Below, piece after piece: positions 1-8,944 of a DNA stretch of 64,000 nucleotides. Position 1 is the stretch's first letter; each line of letters starts with the position of its first letter. The DNA lies in contig JAQBEH010000096.1 of NCBI GenBank assembly GCA_032124015.1, forward strand, positions 11,027 through 75,026, in the 5' to 3' direction. A program made the position numbers and the translations under genes. The stretch is from Acidobacteriota bacterium (GTDB lineage: Bacteria; Acidobacteriota; Polarisedimenticolia; Polarisedimenticolales; DASRJG01). The notes under the pieces were generated by a model. It worked only from the letters and a program-made list of their open reading frames with translations, was not told the origin of the DNA and did not search any database.

Positions 1-1838
1 CCGCATTGGTGAGCCAGGGACGGATTCGTCCCTTCCCACTTGAACGGGGGCGTATCGAAGATGCCGCGGAGCGAACGGATGTCCACGGGCCGCAGGCCGA
101 TCCCGTCGGCCTCGATGTCGAGCGTCAGACCGTTCAAGTGCCCTTCGGGGTGGCAGCTCCGGCACGAGAACTGCCGGCCGAAAGCAAAAGCCGCGCTGTT
201 GAAGCGCCGCTCGCCGCGGCGGGTTTCGGTGACGACTTCCGTTCCGCCGAGCGGGATCGTCCCCGCGACGGTGAATCCCGAGGTTTCGATGACGGTGATC
301 GCGTCGTCGAGGGTCGCCGCGACGTACGCAAACCGGCCGTCCGGGGAGAACGCGACGCTGCGCGGGTTGCGCCCCACCGGAATCCGTTTCACGAGAAACC
401 GCGCGCTCGTGCCCAGGCGGTACGGGAGGTCGTTGAGGCGGCGCTCGTCAGGGGTGTTCCGGAGGAACGTGAGAAGCGCCGCGACGTCCACGACGGCGAC
501 GCGGTCGGAGCCCGCGCTGGTGACGATCGCAAACTTGCCGTCTCCGGATACGGCGAGGCCGGTCGGGTCGGGGAACGAATCCGCCGGATCGTCGAGCAGC
601 ACTTGGTCCACCCGCCCGTCGGGCCAGAGCACGCCGAGGCCGTTCGTGACCACCCAGCCCTGCTGGAGTCGCGTCATCGGGACGAGATCGTTCGTGCGCA
701 TGAGGGTGAAGAGCACCACGTCGCGCCCGGGCACGAACGCGATCCCCTGGATCGTGTTCGCGTCGGGGACCGGAACGCGCGCCGTGACGCGTCCCTCGCG
801 CGGGTCCACGATCGTGATCTCCGAATGGTGGGGATCCCGGAACGGAGCCGGTTCCGGCATGAGGTTCGTCACGTAGAGCGCCTTGCCATCCGGACGCAGG
901 ACCGCGGCCCAGGGCCCTGTCCCCGCCGCGAGACGGGCAGTTTCCGCGAGCGTATGAGAGTCGAGGACCGAGATCGCGTTCTGACCGGTCTCCAGCACGA
1001 ACAGGCGCTCCCCCGCCGCGTCGGTGCTGACCCCGTGGGGCAAGGCTCCGACCTTGGCGGTTGCCGTCACCTTCCCGGAGGCGACGTCGATCGCGCTCAC
1101 GGTGTTCGATCGGCGGCTCGTCACGTAGAGGGTCCGGCCGTCGGGATGGACGGCGACGTCATGCGGCAGCGGGTCCACGGGAATCTCGGAGAGCACGCGG
1201 CGCCCGGCCGTATCCACGACGGCCACGCTTCCGCTCCGCTCGCACACGACGAACAGCCGGTCCCCCGCCGGGGAGACGGCCAGGCCCACGGGGTTCTTGT
1301 AGCGAGCGTCGTCCTCGGGCCGGCGGTACCCAGAGTCGAGAACCAGGTGGTGCGACGGCCGCGGCACGTGGCACGACTTGCAGAGGTCGACCTTCGGGGA
1401 AATGGCCAGCTTCGACTCGTCGAACGGGGGCGGCTCCCCCTTCCGTCCGGGAGCGGTGCGCATCGCGCGCGCGTGATCGCTGCCGGGTCCGTGGCAGGCC
1501 TCGCACTGCACGCCGTCCTCGATGCGAAACGTCGGATCCCACCAGCGCGGCCCTTCCTCGGCGGCGGTCGCGTGGCAACCGAGGCAGAGTTGGCTCTCGC
1601 GCGGAGGCGTGCCCGTTCCAGTGACGTACGCGATGCTGGCAGCTTCGGGACGGAGGAGCGCCCGGTACGACTTCGCGTGCCCCGTTCCGCCCTCGGCCGT
1701 GCAGACGTGCGCCGCGCGGTCGGCGTCGTGGCAAGAGACGCACACCTGCCGGCCGACGAAAGTCGTCGCCTCGAAGCCGCCCCCGGCCGCGAGCGCCGGG
1801 ACGAGCAGCAGGAAGAACGCGGGCACTTTCCAGCTCAC
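1..1838 (-). CDS. Multihaem c-type cytochrome fused to YVTN-type beta-propeller repeats and a C-terminal di-haem cytochrome c peroxidase (CCP/MauG)-like region; partial, the 3' end runs off the window
   Basis: Absent from the ORF track because the frame has no stop inside the window. My reverse translation from GTG 1838 gives MSWKVPAFFLLLVPALAAGGG (signal peptide). It then shows CVSCH, CLGCH, CEACH and CKSCH, repeated LYVT/..ISV(I)D propeller-like motifs, and near the window edge CRSCHPEGH...FKWEGTNPSLAHQC. The GTG overlaps the upstream stop (GTGA, 1835-1838). Confidence 0.75.
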   Translation of the reverse strand, partial: MSWKVPAFFLLLVPALAAGGGFEATTFVGRQVCVSCHDADRAAHVCTAEGGTGHAKSYRALLRPEAASIAYVTGTGTPPRESQLCLGCHATAAEEGPRWWDPTFRIEDGVQCEACHGPGSDHARAMRTAPGRKGEPPPFDESKLAISPKVDLCKSCHVPRPSHHLVLDSGYRRPEDDARYKNPVGLAVSPAGDRLFVVCERSGSVAVVDTAGRRVLSEIPVDPLPHDVAVHPDGRTLYVTSRRSNTVSAIDVASGKVTATAKVGALPHGVSTDAAGERLFVLETGQNAISVLDSHTLAETARLAAGTGPWAAVLRPDGKALYVTNLMPEPAPFRDPHHSEITIVDPREGRVTARVPVPDANTIQGIAFVPGRDVVLFTLMRTNDLVPMTRLQQGWVVTNGLGVLWPDGRVDQVLLDDPADSFPDPTGLAVSGDGKFAIVTSAGSDRVAVVDVAALLTFLRNTPDERRLNDLPYRLGTSARFLVKRIPVGRNPRSVAFSPDGRFAYVAATLDDAITVIETSGFTVAGTIPLGGTEVVTETRRGERRFNSAAFAFGRQFSCRSCHPEGHLNGLTLDIEADGIGLRPVDIRSLRGIFDTPPFKWEGTNPSLAHQC

Positions 1839-3340
1839 GGGGTCTTACCCGGCGCGGCCTCGGGGACGCCGACGGAACGGGGCGGACGTTGCAGCGCGAA
1901 CACATGACGGTTCCGCGGGGCGAGGTCGCGATCCTCGTGGCAACCGATGCATCCGCGCTTCTCGTTCGGCATCACCCATATCCAGCTCCGCATCGCGCGG
2001 ATCAGGTTCCCCTCGGCGTCGTACGTTTCGAGGCGCAGAGGGGTCCGCGGCGGGATCCGGAGATGAAACGAGCCGTCCGCCTCCACCGGGACCCGGCCGA
2101 GGACCAGCTCCCCCGCCGCTCCGTTTCCGGCCCGCACGACGCTCAGGGACGCGACCGGAGGACCGGAGTCTTCGCCATCTCCGAATTGCTGCGCGTCGAG
2201 GCAATACAACTCGCCGTAAGGGGCGTTGTCCTTGACGACGCTCGAGCGTCCCGCTTGAACGGGGCGCGGCACGACGGCGACCGGGTCGAGGTCCTCGAAT
2301 TCTCCGGCATCGAACACCGGTTCGAGCAGGAAGGCCGTGCGCGGATCGAGACGGTAGACGCCGTAGGACCCCGCGCGTTCCGGGCGCCACGCGACGAGCA
2401 GGCTTCCGTCCGGCAGCGGGGACGGCGAGTGGAAACGGCCGCCGGAAGACGCGCCGACCACGTTCCGTTCCGTCCGGCTCCGCGTGCTCGACACGGAAAC
2501 GAGGGCGCCGCCCAAGAGCGCATCGCGCGGGTCGGATTCCACGAAGAGCACCTCGCCGCCCGCCGACTCGCACGCCATCGTCTGGTTGACTCCAGACGGA
2601 GGTGCGGCGGTGAACGGGAAGACGTCGGCGCCGTCGGTGAAGACGGTGAAGAGGGCGGCTCCCGATCGTTTCTTGTCCCCGGTCCCGCTCGAGTAAACGA
2701 GGCGTCCGTCGCGAAGCAGCAGCGGATGGCTCGCCCCGAGAGGGTTGTAGGAGATTTGGCGAGAGGCCGAACCATCCAAGCGTACGGCGTGAAGGGTCGA
2801 TCTCGACGTGGACACGACGATCGCAGGCAGGGGCTCGTCGAGGTCCATCGTGTAGAGGACCGACGCGTAGATCGCCCGCGTGCAATCGCCGTCGCAACCG
2901 GTGACGAGGCGCTTGGCGCCGGTCGCGAGCTCCATCTCCCAGACCGAGAGCGGCTCGGCTGCCGTCCGACGCGCGACGAAGAGGAACCGAGCTGCATCGG
3001 CGGAGATCGATGGACGCCCGGCCGACACGAACCCGGTCGTGAGAACCGAGACGCGATCCCGCGCCTCCGAGCGATCGACGATGACGACCCTGCTCCCGGG
3101 GGGCAACTCGGCCTCTTCCCTAACCCCCGCGGGCAACCGGTGGGAGCCTGATGCCGGGATCTGCGTGAGGAGGATCGAAGGCGCGGCGCCGGAGCCGGGG
3201 CCGTCCGAAGCGAAGACCGGAAACGCGATCAACAGCGCGAGCAGCACCGCGCGCCTGGCCGGCGTGCTCCCGAGCCCGGATTCTTGTTTTGGCGGTCGCG
3301 TCACTGGCGTCTCGTGAAGTGAGAAGACCGATATATACAT
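1835..3340 (-). CDS. Secreted TolB-like beta-propeller protein with a single C-terminal CxxCH haem-binding motif
   Basis: Track ORF 1835..3679. I moved the start to ATG 3340 (MYISVF...), which precedes the signal-like ARRAVLLALLIAFPVFAS. The part of the ORF upstream of 3340 is Arg/Pro-rich shadow sequence. The C-terminus contains GCIGCHED. The stop overlaps the next start. Confidence 0.6.
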   Translation of the reverse strand: MYISVFSLHETPVTRPPKQESGLGSTPARRAVLLALLIAFPVFASDGPGSGAAPSILLTQIPASGSHRLPAGVREEAELPPGSRVVIVDRSEARDRVSVLTTGFVSAGRPSISADAARFLFVARRTAAEPLSVWEMELATGAKRLVTGCDGDCTRAIYASVLYTMDLDEPLPAIVVSTSRSTLHAVRLDGSASRQISYNPLGASHPLLLRDGRLVYSSGTGDKKRSGAALFTVFTDGADVFPFTAAPPSGVNQTMACESAGGEVLFVESDPRDALLGGALVSVSSTRSRTERNVVGASSGGRFHSPSPLPDGSLLVAWRPERAGSYGVYRLDPRTAFLLEPVFDAGEFEDLDPVAVVPRPVQAGRSSVVKDNAPYGELYCLDAQQFGDGEDSGPPVASLSVVRAGNGAAGELVLGRVPVEADGSFHLRIPPRTPLRLETYDAEGNLIRAMRSWIWVMPNEKRGCIGCHEDRDLAPRNRHVFALQRPPRSVGVPEAAPGKTP

Positions 3341-3467
3341 CGCTCCCGGGCGGAGAAAGCGGCTCCGTCGTGTCCGGAGCAGTCCTGTTTGCCGCACCGG
3401 TTGTGGTCTATCCTCAGCGACCTCGCGGGGCGCAAACGGCGCCAGGGGGAACGGGAGGCTCCGGCAC

Positions 3468-4406
3468 GTGCGTTCCGGGACGCTCGCCGCAACATCATTG
3501 ATCTTGGCGGCAACCTGCTCGCCGGCGATCTTCGCGTCGTCCGCCGCTGCCGAGACCGGGGAGGGACTTGTCCGCGGGGCTCGCATCCACGCCCGGTTCT
3601 GCGCCGCCTGCCACGGGGTAGGAGGGCGGGGCGACGGCCCCGGCGCCCGGGAGTTGAACCCGCGGCCGCGGGATTTCACCGCAGGGAAGTTTCGCTATCG
3701 CTCGACCGAGAGCGGCAGCCCTGCGCGCCGGTCGGACATCGAGCACGTGGTCCAAGTCGGGAGGGCGGGCACCGCGATGCCCGGGTTCGGAGGGTTGCTC
3801 TCAGAGGGCGAGATCGCGGATGTGGTCACCTTCATCCTCTCGCTTCGCACCCGCGTACCCTCCGATCAGGAGCCCGAGGCGTTCTCGCTTCCGCCGTTCC
3901 CGCCGGCAACGGCGGAACAACTCTCAGAGGGGAGGGCGCTGTTTCTAGTCGTCGGATGCTGGAAGTGCCACGGCACGGACGGCTCCGGACGCGGACCCTC
4001 CGCCCATGGGCTCAAAAACTACGAGGGGCGCCCGATCCGGCCCCGGGACTTCCGCTACGACCCGTTTCACGGTGGCCACAACTTCGACAACGTCGCGTTC
4101 GCTGTCCTTTCAGGACTCAGCGGAACGCCCATGCCCTCCAACGCGGAAATGCTGGTCGTGCCCCGCGAATCCATCGACGCGGTGATGGGGAGTCTCCCCG
4201 CTGCGGTCCGCCCGGAGGTCGAGGCGTTCCGGCTGGCCGCGCCGTCCTTGGAGGAAATCGCAGCCAAGGACGACACCGACTGGCTGCGGATCCGCGACCG
4301 GAATCTCGTCGCGCTCGCCCAGTACGTGCTCTCGCTGAGCCGGCGCGATCACTTCTTCTACCGGCTCTTCGGCGAGGATCCGGAGCTGGAAGCTCGCAAA
4401 CCATGA
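3468..4406 (+). CDS. Periplasmic dihaem cytochrome c
   Basis: Track ORF, 312 aa. GTG start preceded by GGGAGG. N-terminal signal peptide. Two CxxCH motifs (CAACH, CWKCH), each in a cytochrome c-like context (...MPGF..., ...GTPMP...). Confidence 0.85.
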   Translation: MRSGTLAATSLILAATCSPAIFASSAAAETGEGLVRGARIHARFCAACHGVGGRGDGPGARELNPRPRDFTAGKFRYRSTESGSPARRSDIEHVVQVGRAGTAMPGFGGLLSEGEIADVVTFILSLRTRVPSDQEPEAFSLPPFPPATAEQLSEGRALFLVVGCWKCHGTDGSGRGPSAHGLKNYEGRPIRPRDFRYDPFHGGHNFDNVAFAVLSGLSGTPMPSNAEMLVVPRESIDAVMGSLPAAVRPEVEAFRLAAPSLEEIAAKDDTDWLRIRDRNLVALAQYVLSLSRRDHFFYRLFGEDPELEARKP

Positions 4407-4921
4407 TGACCACGCGCCGGGCGATCCGGGCGGCGGGCGCTCTCCTCATCGTGGGAGCCGGCGCCGCCGCAGGTGCGCTCCTTCCCGCGGCGTCCCCCGT
4501 ACAGGAACGGCGGATCCGGATGACGGCCCGGCAGTACGCGTACGATCCCCCGGTCCTGCGCGTCAATCTGGGAGACACGGTGCGCCTTCGGATCCGATCC
4601 CTCGACGTGACCCACGGGTTCTATTTGGAGGCGTTCGACATCAGCGCCTCGATCATTCCCGACAGTCCGTATCTCGAGATTTCGCATCCGAGCCGGAAGG
4701 GCGAGCCCGCGGAGAAGGCGGAAGAGCTCGTTTTCGTCGCCGACAAGACCGGCAAGTTCCGTTTCCGCTGCTCCCGCGTTTGCGGAAACATGCACCCGTT
4801 CATGCAGGGAGAGCTCATCGTGGCCCCCAACCGGCTCGCGGGAGCCGGGATCGGCGCGTGCCTCGGGCTCCTTGCGGCGGCCGCATTCGTCGCGCTGCGA
4901 CGGGACTCCGGATCTCCATGA
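4403..4921 (+). CDS. Membrane-anchored CuA-type cupredoxin (cytochrome oxidase subunit II-like domain)
   Basis: In frame inside track ORF 3389..4921. ATG 4403 overlaps the upstream stop (ATGA). Hydrophobic segments at both termini. DVTHGF ... CSRVCGNMHPFM matches the H...C-x3-C-x3-H-x2-M CuA ligand pattern. Confidence 0.75.
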   Translation: MMTTRRAIRAAGALLIVGAGAAAGALLPAASPVQERRIRMTARQYAYDPPVLRVNLGDTVRLRIRSLDVTHGFYLEAFDISASIIPDSPYLEISHPSRKGEPAEKAEELVFVADKTGKFRFRCSRVCGNMHPFMQGELIVAPNRLAGAGIGACLGLLAAAAFVALRRDSGSP

Positions 4922-6333
4922 ACGGGCCGGAACCGTCCGGCCGGATCGACCTGCTGCGGGCCGTTCCGGGCCTCAAGTGGTTGCTCACGCGCCGCTGGTT
5001 CCAGTTCGCGGTGGTGCTGCCGAACCTGGCGTTTTTCTACCTCTTCATGATCGCGGGGGCGTTCGGATCGCCGGTGGGAAGCCGAAACATCATCATCATC
5101 TTCGTCTGGATCCTCTGGTGGTTCCTCCTCATCGCGGTCATGGTCCCTCTCGCCTCGCGGGTTTGGTGCACGGTCTGTCCGATCCCGTTTTTCGGCGAGT
5201 GGTATCAGCGCCGTGCGCTCGTTGGCGTGCGGGTGGGGAAGCCCGGCGTCGGAAGGAACCGGATGTGGGGACTCAACCGGCGTTGGCCCCGCGCCCTGTC
5301 GAACATCTGGCTCCAGAACTTCGGCTTCCTGCTTTTGTGCACCTTCAGCGTTCCCCTGCTCACCCGGCCCATCGTGAGCACGTTCGTCCTGGGCGGGCTC
5401 GTCGTTCTGGCGACGGTGCTGCACGTGATCTACCGGCAGCGGGCATTCTGCCGCTACGTCTGTCCGATCGGCGGCTTCCTGAGCCTCTACTCCATGTGCT
5501 CCATGATTGAGGTGAGATCGCGTGACCGGGAAACCTGCGACCAGTGCACGGACAAGTCCTGCCTGGCCGGCGGCGAGACCGGCTGGGGCTGCCCGTGGTA
5601 CGTCAATCCCTCGCACCTCGAACGGAATAACTACTGCGGTTTGTGCATGGAGTGCCTCAAGAGCTGCTCGCACGACAACATGACGATCCGGGCTCGGGCG
5701 TTCGGCTCCGAAACGGCGCTCAAAGGGTACGACGAGGCGTGGAAGGCCTTCATCATGATCGGGCTCGCCCTAGCGTACTCCGTCGCGCTGCTCGGACCCT
5801 GGGGAGTCGTCAAGGACTGGGCGAACCCCACCGAGAGCGGCAAGTGGGGCGGGTTCGCGCTGTACGCCGGCTCCCTCTGGACGCTGACTCTCGCGATCGT
5901 TCCGGCCGCGTTTTACGCCGCCGCCCGCTTGGGCCGCCGTTTCGCCGGAGTGCCGGGAGTGACGATGAAGGAGGCGTTCCTCGGATTCAGCGGTGTTCTC
6001 GTCCCGCTCGGGCTCGCCGCGTGGATCGCGTTCAGCATCCCGCTGATCCTTGTGAATGGTTCCTACGTTTTGAACGTCGTCTCGGACCCCTTGGGACGGG
6101 GATGGGATCTCTTGGGATCGGCGCACGCGCCCTGGGCGCCCTTCCATCCGGAGTATGCCTCGTACCCTCAGCTCGCCGTTCTGCTCGCAGGCCTGTTCTA
6201 CGCGCTTCGCAGCGGGTGGCGTTTCGCTAGCGAGCGCTTCGGCCACCACCGCGCGGCGGTGCGGGCCGTGGCACCCGTGGCGATCCTCGGCACCGCCGTC
6301 GCCGGCGGTTTTGTCTGGATGTTCCTGGGGTAG
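4918..6333 (+). CDS. Polytopic membrane 4Fe-4S protein (NapH/NosH/CcoG-like polyferredoxin)
   Basis: Track ORF 4780..6333, with the start moved to ATG 4918 (ATGA overlap with the upstream stop). Many TM segments. Cys clusters CTVCPIP, CRYVCPIGG, CDQCTDKSC...GCPW and CGLCMECLKSC. Confidence 0.8.
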   Translation: MNGPEPSGRIDLLRAVPGLKWLLTRRWFQFAVVLPNLAFFYLFMIAGAFGSPVGSRNIIIIFVWILWWFLLIAVMVPLASRVWCTVCPIPFFGEWYQRRALVGVRVGKPGVGRNRMWGLNRRWPRALSNIWLQNFGFLLLCTFSVPLLTRPIVSTFVLGGLVVLATVLHVIYRQRAFCRYVCPIGGFLSLYSMCSMIEVRSRDRETCDQCTDKSCLAGGETGWGCPWYVNPSHLERNNYCGLCMECLKSCSHDNMTIRARAFGSETALKGYDEAWKAFIMIGLALAYSVALLGPWGVVKDWANPTESGKWGGFALYAGSLWTLTLAIVPAAFYAAARLGRRFAGVPGVTMKEAFLGFSGVLVPLGLAAWIAFSIPLILVNGSYVLNVVSDPLGRGWDLLGSAHAPWAPFHPEYASYPQLAVLLAGLFYALRSGWRFASERFGHHRAAVRAVAPVAILGTAVAGGFVWMFLG

Positions 6334-6337
6334 TGCC

Positions 6338-6862
6338 ATGACCTCGTGGCGGATGGAGTCCGCAGCCACTCTCCTCGTTCTGGTGACCCTCATCGGTATT
6401 CCGCTGTGGGTCCGATCAGAAGAAGCCGCAGCCTCCCGTGTCCCCGATGAGCCGGGACTCCACGTGATCGAAATCACGGCGGTCGCCGCCGGCGGGATTT
6501 TCACCTTCGAGGACGTGGTCGGACACAACTACTGGCGCCTCACCCCAGCGGTCGCGCGTCCGGTGGTGCGCGTCGGCGAGAAGGTCCTCTTCCGCCTCCG
6601 GAGCTCCGACGTGATTCACGGCTTCTCCATTCCCGAGCTGCAGGTGGGCCCGATCGTGATCGAACCCGGGTACGTCACCGAGGTGCGATTCGAGCCGACG
6701 GAGGCCGGCGAGTTCCTGATCCAGTGCGTTTTCCGCTGCGGGGGGTGCCACGAGGAAATGTTCGCGGTTCTCGAGGTCCGCGGACCCAACGGAGAACCTC
6801 CTCCCGAGGACATGAAGTTGAAACTGCCCCCCCGGGTCAGGTGTCTCTTGCATCAGACCTGA
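6338..6862 (+). CDS. Membrane-anchored CuA-type cupredoxin, ba3-type CoxB-like
   Basis: In frame inside track ORF 6155..6862. ATG 6338 lies 4 nt after the upstream stop. N-terminal TM segment (SAATLLVLVTLIGIPLWV). SSDVIHGFSIPEL-x-CVFRCGGCHEEM is H-x35-C-x3-C-x3-H-x2-M, very like Thermus ba3 subunit II (DVIHGF...CNQYCGLGHQNM, from memory). Confidence 0.8.
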   Translation: MTSWRMESAATLLVLVTLIGIPLWVRSEEAAASRVPDEPGLHVIEITAVAAGGIFTFEDVVGHNYWRLTPAVARPVVRVGEKVLFRLRSSDVIHGFSIPELQVGPIVIEPGYVTEVRFEPTEAGEFLIQCVFRCGGCHEEMFAVLEVRGPNGEPPPEDMKLKLPPRVRCLLHQT

Positions 6863-6889
6863 GCCCCCCGCGGGGCGCGGAGAAAGAAG

Positions 6890-7600
6890 ATGAAGATCTC
6901 GCAGGTCGCCGGATGCGTCGTTGTCGCAGCTCTCACACTGGGTTCTCCCTCCCGGGCGGCCGGCCCGGACGGGGGGACGGTGCGCGGGACCCTGACGTAC
7001 AAGGGATCCGCTCCCAAGCCGCAGCCGATGGAGGTGGATCACGACCAGTCGTGCTGCGCGAAAGCACCGATCCTCCCCGAGACCCTCCTCGTCTCGGCGA
7101 AGGGCGGCGTGAGAAACGGTGTCGTCTGGCTCGAGGGCGTCAAGGGGGACAAGCCGTGGCCGTCTTTGGCGGGCATCCTCGACCAGCAGGCTTGCGTTTT
7201 CCTGCCCCACGTTCAGGTCGTGGCCAACGGGGCGACCGTGCAGTTCCTAAACGGCGATCCGATCATTCACAACGTCCACACCTGGCCCCGCACGAACGAG
7301 TCGATCAGCGTCTCCCAACTCGCCAAGGGGGCGTCACGGCCGATCAAGCGCACCTTCACCGCCCCCGACGAGATCAAGGTCACCTGCGACGTGCACAAGT
7401 GGATGAGCGCGTGGATCATCGTCCGTGACAACCCCTACTTCGCGGTGACCGGGGAGGACGGCGCCTTCGAGATCTCCGGCGTTCCGCCGGGCTCTTACAC
7501 GATGGTCGTCTGGCACGAGTCGCTCCAACGGGTCGAAAGAACCGTGAAGGTCGAGTCCGGAGCCGTGCGGGTCGAGGACGCAGAGTTGAAGAGCAAGTAG
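6890..7600 (+). CDS. Secreted blue-copper (plastocyanin-like) domain embedded in a carboxypeptidase-regulatory-like beta-sandwich
   Basis: Track ORF, 236 aa. Signal peptide. IIHNVH...CDVHKWM gives a His/Cys/His/Met type-1 Cu ligand pattern. GTVRGTLTYKG... and ...FEISGVPPGSYTMVVWHE are typical CarboxypepD_reg-like ends. Confidence 0.7.
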   Translation: MKISQVAGCVVVAALTLGSPSRAAGPDGGTVRGTLTYKGSAPKPQPMEVDHDQSCCAKAPILPETLLVSAKGGVRNGVVWLEGVKGDKPWPSLAGILDQQACVFLPHVQVVANGATVQFLNGDPIIHNVHTWPRTNESISVSQLAKGASRPIKRTFTAPDEIKVTCDVHKWMSAWIIVRDNPYFAVTGEDGAFEISGVPPGSYTMVVWHESLQRVERTVKVESGAVRVEDAELKSK

Positions 7601-7603
7601 CGG
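7596..7603. repeat. Target-site duplication copy 1 (AGTAGCGG)
   Basis: Identical 8-mer at 8967-8974, directly abutting the right IR. One extra C (7604) lies between this copy and the left IR. This copy contains the TAG stop of the 6890..7600 gene. Confidence 0.7.
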
Positions 7604-7604
7604 C

Positions 7605-7626
7605 CACGGTGGCCGCAAGCTTGTTG
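7605..7626. repeat. IS terminal inverted repeat (left): CACGGTGGCCGCAAGCTTGTTG
   Basis: Exact reverse complement of 8945-8966. Confidence 0.85.
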
Positions 7627-7690
7627 GCCAGCAACGGCGCATAGTTTTCCCGAGCAACGGACCGGTCGATATTTCGAGGTTGGAGTTGAA

Positions 7691-8848
7691 TTAGGCGGCG
7701 TGGCGTCGCACGAACCGGGGGAGAGCGGGCGTCCAGAGCTTCTGATAGACGCGCCGCGCGGACTCCGAAACCGGCTCCCGGCTCGGGAACAGCCGCCGGG
7801 CGAGAACGCGCTCGAATCGCCATCGCTTGTCGGTCAGCCCCAGCCGCATCGCCGGCGTGGTCCGGTCGGGTGCTCGTTCCGATCTCGCCTTGATGACGTT
7901 CTTCCAGACAGCCATCAGGCTCGCCCGGCCGATGATCGACTCGAGCCGCCTCCCGAAGGCGATCGTCTCCCGCTTGTGATCGGAGCACGTGTGGCGTAGC
8001 AGCTGGTGCAACTGGTCGATAGGGAACATCGCGAGGTCTCGTCTGACCGATTCGGGCGACCACGGCGTCCCCTTCGGGCCGCGTACGGGATTCGGATACA
8101 CCTGCAACACGACGTGAGGCGCTATCGTTTCGTCGCGCAGGGCGACCCTGTAGTCGGTCCTCCCGTCGACGCGGAGCACGAGCCGGTCGGACGGCAGAAG
8201 TTGAGGAATCAGGCCGCGAATCGAGCGCCTGATGCTCTCGACGTACGACCGGTTCACTCGTACCGTCGTCCCGTCTTCGGGCTTCCGGTCGGGACGGCGT
8301 CCGCTTCCCCGGTGCGGGGCGGGATCGATGTCGTACACGTACCGCGACTCGGCACCGACCGCGGTCCCGATTCCAAGGGCGCGGTCTTGGCGGCCGATGA
8401 AAGCCTCGAAATGGTCATGGACGACGGGCTCTGCCAGGGCGGGGAGGTCGGCGTTACACCGCGCATGGAAGAGGATCGCGTGCCGGCCGAGGCGCTCGGC
8501 CTGGCGGGTGACGCTCGTTTTCGCGCAGTGGAGCGAGCGGGCGAGCTGCCGGTGACAAGAGCACGCAGCAAGTCCGGACGCGATGGCGACGAGAAGCCCC
8601 GGCCGTTTGAGGTAGTAGGTGGTCGAGAACGTCTGGCGAGAGCAGGTGCGTTCGCAGTCGAGGCATAGGAAGCGCGGAATGCGCTTCGGAGAGCTCAAGG
8701 TGCGATAGGAGCCGCTGCGGTGGAACCCCTTTCCGCGAGATCGGTGGGCGGGGCACTCCGGCCATGGACAGAAGGGCGGCATGAACCGCGAGGGACGCAC
8801 GTTTTGGACGGACTGGTTCGGCCAGCGCATAACCAGCCGGAAGAGCAA
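7691..8848 (-). CDS. Transposase with an N-terminal zinc ribbon
   Basis: Track ORF, 385 aa. CPWPECP...RFLCLDCERTCSRQTFSTTYYLKR resembles the Zn-ribbon of IS1595/IS1-type transposases. It is the only sizeable ORF between the IRs. The exact start is uncertain (alternatives MRWPNQ, MPPFCPW). Confidence 0.75.
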   Translation of the reverse strand: MLFRLVMRWPNQSVQNVRPSRFMPPFCPWPECPAHRSRGKGFHRSGSYRTLSSPKRIPRFLCLDCERTCSRQTFSTTYYLKRPGLLVAIASGLAACSCHRQLARSLHCAKTSVTRQAERLGRHAILFHARCNADLPALAEPVVHDHFEAFIGRQDRALGIGTAVGAESRYVYDIDPAPHRGSGRRPDRKPEDGTTVRVNRSYVESIRRSIRGLIPQLLPSDRLVLRVDGRTDYRVALRDETIAPHVVLQVYPNPVRGPKGTPWSPESVRRDLAMFPIDQLHQLLRHTCSDHKRETIAFGRRLESIIGRASLMAVWKNVIKARSERAPDRTTPAMRLGLTDKRWRFERVLARRLFPSREPVSESARRVYQKLWTPALPRFVRRHAA

Positions 8849-8944
8849 GCGGAGGGCCGAACCGTAACGACGGAATGCCGCGGTTTCGTTGTCCGCCGAT
8901 TGTCCGTACCGTCCAGATGCGGACAGTAGGGACGCTCATTCAAT

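Noticed and set aside
6-1907. 633-aa plus-strand ORF, plus several other ORFs at 40-1905, covering the first 1.9 kb
   Set aside because: The Arg/Gly/Asp-rich composition is typical of a shadow frame in GC-rich DNA. The opposite strand encodes a coherent multihaem cytochrome/propeller protein with a signal peptide and five CxxCH motifs.
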